This document shows, piece after piece, positions 31,287 through 32,000 of a DNA stretch of 32,000 nucleotides (position 1 is its first letter; each line of letters begins with the position of its first letter). A program made the translations under genes and the position numbers. Below the pieces are notes generated by a model, which saw nothing but the letters and a program-made list of their open reading frames with translations, searched no databases and was not told the DNA's origin. Origin of the DNA: Candidatus Saccharimonadota bacterium (GTDB taxonomy: Bacteria > Patescibacteriota > Microgenomatia > UBA1406 > GWC2-37-13); the NCBI GenBank assembly GCA_016700135.1, contig CP065004.1:1416137-1448136 (forward strand). The letters are read 5' to 3'.

Positions 31287-32000
31287 GCTCTAGACTAGCA
31301 CATTAACAATTTGTAATAGTTCATTGTAAAGGATCGATGGGGATTTGCTCCATCTCCATTCACACTCTTTCAAGTGTAATGGAAAGTTTTTCTTTACACC
31401 ATTGAACTTAACGAGACGTCTTTTACAAAAGGACCAGAATGACTCTATGCCATTGATATGGACCCCTTTTGTATTTGAGAACTCATTTTTCTTGTGATTG
31501 ATTCTCAAATGTTTGTCATACCCGACATCAACAAGTCCGTTGTATCCGCTCCACGAATCTGAATATACAGTACTGTTCAAGTCAATCTTTCCCTTCATAA
31601 CAGCATGTAGCGTTCTTCTTTTACAGTTTGGAATGATACGAGTAAATACACGTCCTTGACGCTCATATATCCCAAATACTACCTGCTTAAATGACGTCCC
31701 ACGACCTCTTTTACTTGACTTGCCTCTCATCCTTCGAGGTCCAAAGTATGATTCATCAATTTCTATCTCACCACCAACATATCGTTGCATCTGGTGCACT
31801 TGGTGATGATATATGAGTTGACGAATATTATTGTAATATTTGTTGACTGTATTGCGGTTGAGACCCAAAATACCAGAGGTCTGTGTAGCACTCAGATCGT
31901 GTGCAAAACACCATAGTATCTTTTTTCTCTTGTATTTTGATATCGGCCTATTGTTACAAACCATACCTCTAGTTTAGCACTACTCTGCTAGTCTAGAGCC
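31286..32000 (-). mobile_element. IS1595-family insertion sequence (715 bp) with perfect 15-bp terminal inverted repeats
   Basis: GGCTCTAGACTAGCA at 31286..31300 is the exact reverse complement of TGCTAGTCTAGAGCC at 31986..32000. It encloses a single transposase ORF. A subterminal near-copy CTCTAGTTTAGCA lies at 31967..31979. Confidence 0.88.
31290..31964 (-). CDS. IS1595-family (ISXO2-like) DDE transposase
   Basis: 224-aa ORF with an N-terminal HTH (SATQTSGILGLNRNTVNKYY). GGEIEIDESYFG, VYSDSWSGY and INGIESFWSFCKRRL are characteristic of IS1595 transposases. The stop codon lies inside the left inverted repeat. Confidence 0.88.
   Translation of the reverse strand: MVCNNRPISKYKRKKILWCFAHDLSATQTSGILGLNRNTVNKYYNNIRQLIYHHQVHQMQRYVGGEIEIDESYFGPRRMRGKSSKRGRGTSFKQVVFGIYERQGRVFTRIIPNCKRRTLHAVMKGKIDLNSTVYSDSWSGYNGLVDVGYDKHLRINHKKNEFSNTKGVHINGIESFWSFCKRRLVKFNGVKKNFPLHLKECEWRWSKSPSILYNELLQIVNVLV

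Overview
About 40% GC. The gene content suggests a small-genome, CPR/Patescibacteria-like bacterium (inference): there is no L30 gene, genes are compact and often overlap, start codons lack Shine-Dalgarno motifs, and short hairpin repeats are translated into ORF ends. Positions 1..16215 on the minus strand hold the conserved tuf / S10 / spc / alpha ribosomal-protein supercluster: tuf, rpsJ, rplC-D-W-B, rplV, rpsC, rplP, rpmC, rpsQ, rplN-X-E, rpsN, rpsS, rpsH, rplF-R, rpsE, rplO, secY, rpmG, adk, map, infA, rpmJ, rpsM-K-D and the start of rpoA. This cluster departs from the usual layout in several ways. rpsS has moved from between rplB and rplV to between rpsN and rpsH. rpmG sits between secY and adk. 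adk is fused to a second P-loop kinase domain. A 328-nt structured spacer separates rpsJ from rplC. A short spacer element recurs between genes. Upstream of tuf is an IS481-like element (about 16.36-17.45 kb), followed by a 1009-aa UvrD-type helicase fused to a Cas4/AddB-like Fe-S nuclease (+ strand). Next is a minus-strand folate/queuosine-salvage operon: RimK-like ATP-grasp, folC, yhhQ and a RibD-C/DHFR-like reductase. A plus-strand block follows with glyA, a small membrane protein, an MraY/WecA-like transferase and coaBC. Then come a small acidic hypothetical protein, a MiaB-like methylthiotransferase without a TRAM domain, a truncated membrane ORF, and an IS1595-family element whose outer inverted repeat ends exactly at the window end. 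The most unusual feature is a family of 28-nt hairpin repeats (GTCATCC-stem-CTTGA-stem-GATCCAG) with compensatory stem substitutions. Inverted copies tightly bracket a minimal 96-aa GIY-YIG nuclease gene inserted in the folate operon, and another inverted pair brackets the adjacent reductase gene. Two further copies are inserted in frame in the helicase gene. This resembles REP/RAYT elements or Rickettsia palindromic elements, but the associated enzyme is a GIY-YIG nuclease. No rRNA, tRNA or CRISPR array was found.
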